Translations under genes and position numbers: made by a program
From: Alphaproteobacteria bacterium UBA6544
GTDB taxonomy: Bacteria > Pseudomonadota > Alphaproteobacteria > UBA8366
Length of the DNA: 33,954 nt
Direction: 5' to 3'
Assembly: GCA_002434595.1 (NCBI GenBank)
Contig: DJKK01000320.1
Coordinates: forward strand, 1-33,954
Notes under the pieces: model-generated
What the model was told of the DNA's origin: nothing
Database searches by the model: none
The model's input: only the letters and a program-made list of their open reading frames with translations
Part shown: one piece after another, positions 20,072 through 27,410 of the stretch
Layout: every line of letters begins with the position of its first letter
Position numbering within the stretch: position 1 is the first letter of the stretch

Positions 20072-20557
20072 CTACATCGCAAAGAGGCCCTTGAAGATGT
20101 AAACCACGCCTACGACGATGCAGACCCCCGCGAACACGACCAACCGATACCCAAGCTGGATCATAAAGATCGCGCGCTCCATCAGCCGTCTCACGGGAAT
20201 TCTTGGCGGAAAGTCGGGATCGGTCGGATCATCGCGATCGTCTAAGGCTTTTGCGCGCGCCTCACACCACTCCGCCGCTTTGAATAGGGAAAAAATCACA
20301 GCAAGTGCGACCACACCGAAGGCAATAATCGTGGCGCTCGACATCAGTGTCTCGTGCGCTTGACCCCCTGGTTCGACTTGGCCGATCAGGTACCAGACAA
20401 TCACCAAAGCAGCGGCACTGGCTGCCAGGAAATAGCGCACGTACTTCGCCGCCATATTCATTATGACGGAGTTGTTTTCTGTCAGCTGGCCCGGCGGTAT
20501 TTGTCCCGCCTGCTTGCGAATTTCCTCGCGCCGCCTGTTGAAAATTCTAAGCTGCAT
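20072..20557 (-). CDS. Hypothetical membrane protein (about 3 TM segments)
   Basis: Hydrophobic segments YFLAASAAALVIVWYLI, IIAFGVVALAVIFSLF and LVVFAGVCIVVGVVYIF. No family recognised. The start is uncertain (internal Met at MNMAAKY). Confidence 0.45.
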   Translation of the reverse strand: MQLRIFNRRREEIRKQAGQIPPGQLTENNSVIMNMAAKYVRYFLAASAAALVIVWYLIGQVEPGGQAHETLMSSATIIAFGVVALAVIFSLFKAAEWCEARAKALDDRDDPTDPDFPPRIPVRRLMERAIFMIQLGYRLVVFAGVCIVVGVVYIFKGLFAM

Positions 20558-20712
20558 TTTGTTTCCTACATGATCCAGCGAAAGATCATAGGGTAACCAG
20601 ACGGTTCCTTACAGCTTCAAGCGTATGGTTTGTTTTGCGGCGTTGAAAAAGCTGCACGGGTCATATATCCAGAACTAGGCCCTATAAGACCCGATTGAGG
20701 ATAGATGCGGAT

Positions 20713-21633
20713 ATGAAAATCACCCAACGCGTTAAGAAAATTCTCTATAATTACGAAAGCGATTCGCCTGGCACAAAGACGAACATCGCCCGCATCTTGA
20801 TGACCGGCAAGCTCGCCGGTACCGGCAAGATGGTGATCTTGCCTGTCGACCAAGGCTTCGAACATGGGCCGGCGCGAAGTTTCGCAAAGAATGCGCCTGC
20901 TTATGACCCGCATTACCACTATCAGTTGGCCATTGACGCAGGTCTCAATGCATATGCTGCACCGCTTGGCATGCTGGAAGCTGGTGCGGACAGTTTTGCC
21001 GGAGCAATTCCGACCATCCTAAAGCTCAACAGCTCCAACAGCCATGCAGTTACCAAGGATCAAGCCGTTTATGGCAGTGTTTCAGATGCCTTGCGCCTCG
21101 GCTGTTCGGCAATCGGTTTCACGATCTATCCAGGTTCCGAAGATCAGTTCGAGCAGATGGAAGAATTCCGCGAGCTTGCCGAGGAAGCGAAAGCTGTCGG
21201 TCTTGCGGTCGTGCTTTGGTCCTATCCGCGTGGCGGCAATCTCTCAAAGGGGGGCGAGACCGCCATCGATGTCTGCGCTTATGCAGCGCACCTCGCTGCC
21301 GAAATGGGCGCCCATATCATCAAGGTCAAGCCACCGACGGATTTCATCGAACAGGACGATGCCCGGAAGGTTTACGATGCGGAAGGGATTGACATCTCTT
21401 CACTGCCCAAGCGAATCGAACACGTTATGCAATCCGCATTCAACGGGCGGCGCCTTGTTGTCTTCTCGGGGGGGTCCGCGCGGGGTACCGATGGTCTGCT
21501 GAACGAGATCCGCGAAATTCGCGACGGTGGCGGCAGCGGATCGATCATCGGTCGAAACTCTTTCCAGCGCCCGAAGGAGGAGGCCATGCATCTCCTCGAT
21601 ACAATCATCAATATTTACAAGGGCAAGGCCTGA
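20713..21633 (+). CDS. fbaB: Class I fructose-bisphosphate aldolase (FbaB/DhnA type)
   Basis: GKLAGTGKMVILPVDQGFEHGP matches E. coli FbaB [20 protein letters not shown]. Also has IPTILKLNSS and the Schiff-base region IIKVKPP. Confidence 0.88.
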   Translation: MKITQRVKKILYNYESDSPGTKTNIARILMTGKLAGTGKMVILPVDQGFEHGPARSFAKNAPAYDPHYHYQLAIDAGLNAYAAPLGMLEAGADSFAGAIPTILKLNSSNSHAVTKDQAVYGSVSDALRLGCSAIGFTIYPGSEDQFEQMEEFRELAEEAKAVGLAVVLWSYPRGGNLSKGGETAIDVCAYAAHLAAEMGAHIIKVKPPTDFIEQDDARKVYDAEGIDISSLPKRIEHVMQSAFNGRRLVVFSGGSARGTDGLLNEIREIRDGGGSGSIIGRNSFQRPKEEAMHLLDTIINIYKGKA

Positions 21634-21658
21634 ACCAACGCATTGATCGGCACCGGCC

Positions 21659-22303
21659 ATGAGCGAAGACGCAAGTACCGCATTGTATCTCATAACGCCG
21701 CCGCGCCTGGATGATCCTTTGGCATTCGCCGAACAACTGAAAGCCGCGTTGGATGCGGGCGGAGTTGATTGCGTCCAGCTCCGTCTGAAAGATGTCGATG
21801 ACGACGTCATTCGGCGCGCCGCTGATTGCTTGCGGCCGCCGACGCAAGAACGGGATATCGCATTTGTTATGAACGACCGGCCCGACCTCGCACGCGAGAC
21901 AGGCTGCGACGGTGTTCATGTCGGCCAGGATGACGCCAGCTATAAAGATGCGCGCGTATTGCTTGGTTCGGACGCAATTGTCGGCGTCACCTGTAAAGCT
22001 TCGAGGCATCTCGCCATTGAGGCGGGGGAAGCGGGTGCAGACTATGTAGCGTTTGGCGCGTTCTATGGATCGGCAACCAAGGACACGACCGTACAGGCGT
22101 CTCCAGAAATTCTTTCCTGGTGGACCGAGACGACCACGGTACCCTGTGTAGCCATCGGAGGCATTACACCGGTGAACTGCGGCCCCCTGGTAGCCTCAGG
22201 CGCCGATTTTCTCGCCGTCATCTCAGCGGTTTGGGGCCATCCGGAAGGTCCCGCAGCGGCCATGGCTGATTTTCGTCACGCGATATCTGAGACGGTATCT
22301 TAA
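21659..22303 (+). CDS. thiE: Thiamine-phosphate synthase
   Basis: LYLITPP ... VQLRLKD ... [10 protein letters not shown] ... DGVHVGQDD ... [14 protein letters not shown] ... VAIGGI, typical of ThiE. Confidence 0.88.
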   Translation: MSEDASTALYLITPPRLDDPLAFAEQLKAALDAGGVDCVQLRLKDVDDDVIRRAADCLRPPTQERDIAFVMNDRPDLARETGCDGVHVGQDDASYKDARVLLGSDAIVGVTCKASRHLAIEAGEAGADYVAFGAFYGSATKDTTVQASPEILSWWTETTTVPCVAIGGITPVNCGPLVASGADFLAVISAVWGHPEGPAAAMADFRHAISETVS

Positions 22304-22382
22304 TCCTGCCATTGCGCCCGCAAACCGCTGGGTCTATAAACCGCGCCGCAAGGCCATTCAGCACAACAGCGGCGGCGGAACG

Positions 22383-22952
22383 ATGAAAATCAACGGTAAT
22401 GCGGTTCGACCGGGCAATATCATCGAACATCAGGGCCGCCTCTGGCGCGCCACGAAGATACAGCACACCCAACCAGGCAAGGGTGGTGCCTACCTGCAAG
22501 TCGAACTCCGGGATATTCGCGACGGCACCAAACTCAACGAACGGTTCCGTTCTTCGGAAACTATCGAACGGGTGAGACTGGACCAAAAGAATTTCCAATT
22601 CCTGTTTACCGATGGCGACGACTACACCTTCATGGACAACGAGACCTACGAACAGGTCACCGTCCACGAAGACTTCATCGGCGAAGACACGGTGCGTTTC
22701 CTTCAGGAGGGCATGGCGGTCGAGATGGAGTTCCACGAGGATTCACCGATCGGTGTTTCGCTGCCTGAGAAAGTGACGCTTGAGGTAACCGAGGCGGACG
22801 CCGTAGTGAAAGGCCAAACTGCTTCGTCATCCTACAAACCAGCCACCTTGGAAAACGGTGTAAAAACACTGGTTCCGCCACATATCGAGTCTGGCACCCG
22901 TGTCGTCATCAGTACCGCCGACGCCTCCTATGTCGAGCGCGCTAAAGATTAA
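22383..22952 (+). CDS. efp: Translation elongation factor P
   Basis: Full-length EF-P of 189 aa with the loop [17 protein letters not shown] (Lys-type tip). Confidence 0.96.
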   Translation: MKINGNAVRPGNIIEHQGRLWRATKIQHTQPGKGGAYLQVELRDIRDGTKLNERFRSSETIERVRLDQKNFQFLFTDGDDYTFMDNETYEQVTVHEDFIGEDTVRFLQEGMAVEMEFHEDSPIGVSLPEKVTLEVTEADAVVKGQTASSSYKPATLENGVKTLVPPHIESGTRVVISTADASYVERAKD

Positions 22953-22985
22953 CCGACCGGCGCCTCTGGCGCGGAAAGTAACCAT

Positions 22986-23789
22986 ATGCCGAGACGCTCC
23001 GCCGATGTGAATGTAATGGTGCGTGCCGCCGAGCGCGCCGGACGTGCGTTGATTCGAGACTTCGGCGAGGTCGAGCAGCTACAAGTCAGCCAGAAGGGAC
23101 CTGGTGATTTCGTGAGCGCGGCCGATCTCCAGGCCGAGAAAATCGTCAAAGAAGAACTTAAAAAGGGACGGCCGGAATTCGGGCTCCTCATGGAAGAGAG
23201 TGGCCGCATCGGTGGTTCGGACAAATCCCACGTTTGGATCGTCGACCCACTCGATGGGACAACGAATTTCTTGCACAGCCTACCACATTTTTGTGTGTCG
23301 ATCGCCTTGTCGCGCGATGATGAGATCATTGCCGGTGTGGTGTTCGATCCGATAAAGGATGAGGTGTTTTGGACGGAGCGCGGCATGGGCGCCTTTGTCA
23401 ACAACCGTCGCCTTCGGGTATCGGGACGCACGCGACTCGATGAGGCATTGTTGGCGACAGGCACGCCTTTTAATCGTAATGACGAGGAGACCTGCGACTT
23501 GTTCATGGATCAAATGCGATCCGTGATGAAAAAAACGGCGGGCATCCGGCGTTATGGTGCGGCGGCGCTCGATCTCGCTTATGTCGCAGCCGGCCGGTAT
23601 GACGGCTTTTGGGAAAACGGATTAGAGCCTTGGGACGTTGCCGCCGGCCTTTTGTTGGTCCGCGAGGCGGGCGGGTTCGTGACGAACCTGGAAGGCCAAC
23701 GATACGATCTCGGTGCAGCCGATATCCTGGCGACGAACGAGGGTCTCCATCGGAAACTCACGGATCTTCTGGTGCGAGGCACCCCCTAA
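22986..23789 (+). CDS. suhB: Inositol monophosphatase family protein (SuhB-like)
   Basis: IMPase motifs WIVDPLDGTTNF and LDLAYVAAGRYDGFWE. 267 aa. Confidence 0.9.
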   Translation: MPRRSADVNVMVRAAERAGRALIRDFGEVEQLQVSQKGPGDFVSAADLQAEKIVKEELKKGRPEFGLLMEESGRIGGSDKSHVWIVDPLDGTTNFLHSLPHFCVSIALSRDDEIIAGVVFDPIKDEVFWTERGMGAFVNNRRLRVSGRTRLDEALLATGTPFNRNDEETCDLFMDQMRSVMKKTAGIRRYGAAALDLAYVAAGRYDGFWENGLEPWDVAAGLLLVREAGGFVTNLEGQRYDLGAADILATNEGLHRKLTDLLVRGTP

Positions 23790-23895
23790 ACGGCACATAC
23801 GATCTCCGACTTTCTGTTGTCGCTGCAGACGCTCTGAGATAACTTCGGAAGAAGAATTAGGTCGCTCTTGGGACCGTCGACAAATTAAGGCGAAG

Positions 23896-25035
23896 ATGAA
23901 AAGAACGATTTCGCGCCGCAAACACGGGAAACTGACATCCGTCGGAATCCCCTTCTTCCTCTCTGTATATCTGCTCGGAAGTTTTTCCGCCGCCGCACAG
24001 ACACACGTTTACACGGATCAATACGGCAATCCGACGGTTAGCGTGGATTTGCGAGTTCTCGATCGGCTCGGCCCTCAACAGAGTTTACCAGATATCTATC
24101 GGAAGACAGCGCCGATACCTACCAGGCCGGTCATGGCGCGTCGCCCGGCGCCTGCTGCGGGAGGCGCACGCGGCGGACTCTTAGCGCCACCACCGCGAAC
24201 AATGCCTCGCTCGAAATTGAATTTGCCAGCTGGCAATATCTCCAGCGGGACCGCGACACGACAGATCGCTCCGCCGGCACCGGTAAGCGTCGCTACGCCG
24301 CCCCCACCGATTAAGCGCTCGCCCTCACCGGTCGAAAGGCCCGTAACACCGTCGCGGCCAGCACCGAAAGTCGCGGTTCGTCGCCCCGCTGCGCCCACAC
24401 CAATTGCGCCCCCGAAACCAACAGCACGCCTGGCACCTCCGTCCGTGCCGACGGCACCCGCACCTCCAACCGTTAAACCGAAATCCATTGTAACTGCCCC
24501 GGCGTCTATTCTGCCCCCCGCACCAATCCGTGCGCCTGCACCAATTCGACCGCCATTGCTGGCACCGCCGAAGACTGCACTGGCAAAACCGGTGGTGCCC
24601 GACCCGAAACCCGCCACAGCCCCGCCGCCGATAAAGGCGCCGCCCGCCGTACAGTTAAGCGTTACCGCCGCACCGGCATCACACCCTGCCGGTCCAGTCG
24701 GGAGCATCTCTGTCAGTCCGGACGGCAACCGCTACAGCATCCCCTTCTCCGCTGGGACACAGGATTTACCATCGAACGCATCGGACGCCCTCAACAGGCT
24801 CGCGGCACGCATGAAGAAGGATGACGATATCCGCATCCAGTTGATGGGCTTCGCATCCAACGGCGGCGGGTCCGCAAGTCAGGCACGCCGGAGTTCTCTC
24901 TTCCGAGCGCTCGCGGTAAGAACCTACTTAATGAAGGAAGGAATCCGGAGCACGCGTATGGATGTGCGCGCTCTCGGCCAGACCAACGTCGAAGGCGTAC
25001 CACCGGATCGCGTCGACGTCCTCGTCCAAAAATAG
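23896..25035 (+). CDS. Secreted or anchored Pro-rich protein with C-terminal OmpA-like domain (first gene of the stator-like module)
   Basis: The ATG at 23896 gives MKRTISRRKHGKLTSVGIPFFLSVYLLGSFSAAAQ, a signal peptide or anchor. About 200 aa are Pro/Ala-rich, including an imperfect 18-bp tandem at 24520-24555 encoding APIRAPAPIRPP. The C-terminus IPFSAGTQDL...IRIQLMGFAS...ARRSSLFRALAVRTYLMKEGI...RVDVLV has an OmpA_C-like pattern. The track start at 23713 overlaps suhB. Confidence 0.7.
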   Translation: MKRTISRRKHGKLTSVGIPFFLSVYLLGSFSAAAQTHVYTDQYGNPTVSVDLRVLDRLGPQQSLPDIYRKTAPIPTRPVMARRPAPAAGGARGGLLAPPPRTMPRSKLNLPAGNISSGTATRQIAPPAPVSVATPPPPIKRSPSPVERPVTPSRPAPKVAVRRPAAPTPIAPPKPTARLAPPSVPTAPAPPTVKPKSIVTAPASILPPAPIRAPAPIRPPLLAPPKTALAKPVVPDPKPATAPPPIKAPPAVQLSVTAAPASHPAGPVGSISVSPDGNRYSIPFSAGTQDLPSNASDALNRLAARMKKDDDIRIQLMGFASNGGGSASQARRSSLFRALAVRTYLMKEGIRSTRMDVRALGQTNVEGVPPDRVDVLVQK

Positions 25036-25073
25036 ACGCTCAACGCCCACACGACAGGGATTCCACGGACCAG

Positions 25074-26213
25074 ATGACCAAGCCTCAAAGCTATCTCGTC
25101 CGTATGCTGATTTTCCTGGCCGCGGTTTGCACCGCCGGGTTCTTCCTCCTCGGCCCGTTGCGCGACGCCTTTCTCGCCAATACGGTACTCAACAGCGTGA
25201 TCCTAGGTGTGTTGCTGATCGGCATACTTCATATGTTTCGGCTCGTCCACATGCTACGACCCGAGGTGGCCTGGATCTACTCCTTCCGTCGCGACGGTGT
25301 ATCGGTTTCCAGCGGAAGCGGTCCAAAGCTGCTGGCCCCCATGGCGGCGATGCTCGGTGAGCGAAGTGGCGACCGGTTCAGTCTCTCCACTATGGCGATG
25401 CGTTCTCTTCTCGACGGAATTGCAACACGTCTAGATGAAGGGCGGGAAACAGCGCGGTATTTTATTGGCTTGCTCGTATTTCTCGGATTGCTCGGTACTT
25501 TTTGGGGCCTGCTTGAAACAGTTCGGTCCATCGGCGACGTCATCTCCGGACTTTCGGTTGAAGGCGACGCGATGCAAGAGGTCTTTCAGCGCCTCAAAGG
25601 CGGATTGCAGGCCCCACTTGCAGGCATGGGCACAGCATTTAGCTCATCACTTTTCGGTCTCACCGGATCTCTCATACTTGGCTTTCTCGCGCTGCAGGCC
25701 GGACAAGCCCAGAACCGTTTCTACAATGACCTTGAAGAGTGGCTTTCCGGACAGACCCGCCTTGGAGGCGGCGGACCCGTCGGAGACGGCGATCAGGCAG
25801 TTCCCGCGTATATACAGGCGCTGCTCGAGCAGACCGCGGACAGTCTCGAAAATCTTCAGCGAACGCTAGCGCGCGGTGAGGACAGCCGCATTGACGCCAA
25901 TCGACGCATCGTTCAATTGACGGAAAACCTCGGTTCCCTCAGCGAGTCAATGCGGGCACAGCAAGATTTGCTTCTCAAGTTGGCCCAAGGCCAATCCGAC
26001 CTCAGGCCGCTTTTATCCGCAATGGCGGAGGCGCAAACCACGTCGCACAATAGTCAAACGGCAGCAGCCCTCAGAAACATAGATGCGCACCTGGCACGCC
26101 TGCTTTCCGATCAGACGACGGGACGTGAGGAAGCAGTACAGGAAGTTCGTAACGAAATTCGCTTGCTCGCGCGTACCATTGCCGCCCTGGCCCAGGGCGA
26201 AGACCCGCAATAG
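25074..26213 (+). CDS. MotA/TolQ/ExbB-family proton-channel subunit with long C-terminal coiled-coil tail
   Basis: Two N-terminal TMs, then GLLVFLGLLGTFWGLLETV and LAGMGTAFSSSLFGLTGSLILGFLALQ. These parallel the in-window TolQ segments GLFGTVWGIMNSF and GIAEALFATALGLIAAIP. Residues ~212-379 are heptad-like helical sequence. Starts 38 nt after the upstream gene. Confidence 0.8.
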   Translation: MTKPQSYLVRMLIFLAAVCTAGFFLLGPLRDAFLANTVLNSVILGVLLIGILHMFRLVHMLRPEVAWIYSFRRDGVSVSSGSGPKLLAPMAAMLGERSGDRFSLSTMAMRSLLDGIATRLDEGRETARYFIGLLVFLGLLGTFWGLLETVRSIGDVISGLSVEGDAMQEVFQRLKGGLQAPLAGMGTAFSSSLFGLTGSLILGFLALQAGQAQNRFYNDLEEWLSGQTRLGGGGPVGDGDQAVPAYIQALLEQTADSLENLQRTLARGEDSRIDANRRIVQLTENLGSLSESMRAQQDLLLKLAQGQSDLRPLLSAMAEAQTTSHNSQTAAALRNIDAHLARLLSDQTTGREEAVQEVRNEIRLLARTIAALAQGEDPQ

Positions 26214-26225
26214 GCGGATTAAGCC

Positions 26226-27410
26226 ATGGCACTGGCACGGCGCAGCTCGACAAACGGATTTGACATCTGGCCCGGCTTCGTTGATGCGCTCGCGACCCTG
26301 CTCATGGTCATTATCTTTCTGCTGATGATCTTCGTGGTTGCTCAGTTCTTCTTGAACGATGCTATTTCTGGTCGCGATCAGGCACTTGAACGACTTAACC
26401 TTCAAGTAGAAGAATTGGCAGACTTACTCGCACTCGAGCGCCTCGCGAGTGAGAACCTTCGCAACAACGTGACGCAACTTTCTTCGGAACTTCAGAGCAC
26501 GCTTGTCGCCCGTGACGGGCTGGAGGATGATCTCTCCAAATTGAGCAACAAACATACCGCGCTCAGCGAAAGCCTGAGAGACGCGCAAGGAAAACTATCG
26601 AAATCGGACAAGGAGAGGGCGCGCCTTAGCCTGCGCCTAGACAAGCTACGTCAGGATGTCGCCGCCATGACCGCTCTGCGTGACGAAATCGCGGAGGATT
26701 TTGCAGCAGCGCGAACAAAGCACAAGGCAGATTCAGAGAAGGCAGCCATCCAGTTGACCGAAGAACAGAAAATTTCCGAAGCTGCCAAAGCTCAGGTTTC
26801 TTTGCTCAACAGGCAAATGGTGGAATTTCGAATACAAGTAGCCCGTCTCAACACCGCGCTTGAAGCCTCGGAGGCGGCTTCAAAGGCGCAGAAGGCGGAG
26901 ATCGTAAATCTCGGCAAACGCCTAAACGCCGCATTGGCAAGCAAGGTGCAGGAACTCGAGCGCTACCGTTCGGAGTTCTTCGGGCGGTTGCGGCAAGTTT
27001 TGGGCAACCGACGCGATATTCGCGTCGTCGGCGATCGGTTCGTCTTTCAATCCGAGGTCCTGTTCGGTTCGGGTTCCGCGGAGATGGGAAAAAATGGTAA
27101 AGGGCAGCTTACGCAACTTGCACGGACCTTGAAGTCCATTTCGGCAAAGATTCCAAAGGACCTTAATTGGGTACTTCGCGTGGACGGGCACACGGATCGC
27201 GTTCCGATCAAGACCGCAGCGTTTCCGTCGAATTGGGAACTCTCGACGGCGCGAGCCATTTCAGTGGTTAAATTCCTGGTTTCTCAAGGAATTCCCGCAC
27301 GGAATCTAGCTGCGGCGGGTTTCGGAGAATTTCGTCCCCTCGACGACCGAACTGACGAGATCGCCTACCGGCGCAATCGCCGGATCGAACTCAAGCTGGA
27401 TCAACGCTGA
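26226..27410 (+). CDS. MotB/TolR-like subunit: TM with conserved Asp, ~200-aa coiled coil, OmpA-like PG-binding domain
   Basis: IWPGFVDALATLLMVIIFLLMIF parallels the in-window TolR segment TPFVDVMLVLLIVFM. Residues ~50-250 are continuous coiled-coil-like sequence. The C-terminus LRVDGHTDRVP...NWELSTARAISVVKFLVSQGI...NRRIELKL is a canonical OmpA/MotB domain. Starts 12 nt after the A-subunit stop. Confidence 0.82.
   Translation: MALARRSSTNGFDIWPGFVDALATLLMVIIFLLMIFVVAQFFLNDAISGRDQALERLNLQVEELADLLALERLASENLRNNVTQLSSELQSTLVARDGLEDDLSKLSNKHTALSESLRDAQGKLSKSDKERARLSLRLDKLRQDVAAMTALRDEIAEDFAAARTKHKADSEKAAIQLTEEQKISEAAKAQVSLLNRQMVEFRIQVARLNTALEASEAASKAQKAEIVNLGKRLNAALASKVQELERYRSEFFGRLRQVLGNRRDIRVVGDRFVFQSEVLFGSGSAEMGKNGKGQLTQLARTLKSISAKIPKDLNWVLRVDGHTDRVPIKTAAFPSNWELSTARAISVVKFLVSQGIPARNLAAAGFGEFRPLDDRTDEIAYRRNRRIELKLDQR

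Noticed and set aside
22949-23506. 185-aa minus-strand ORF
   Set aside because: It is antisense to the suhB-like IMPase gene.
24096-24728. 210-aa Gly-rich ORF on the minus strand
   Set aside because: It is the antisense shadow of the Pro-rich coding region (CCN codons read as NGG). It has no start context and lies entirely inside a better-supported gene.
23896-27410. Calling the MotA/MotB-like module a Zorya anti-phage system
   Set aside because: The A subunit is 379 aa, far shorter than ZorA. No ZorC/D/E/F/G-like helicase or nuclease gene is adjacent. The flanks are housekeeping genes. Only the tail-bearing architecture is reminiscent, so I report it as an unclassified stator-like module.
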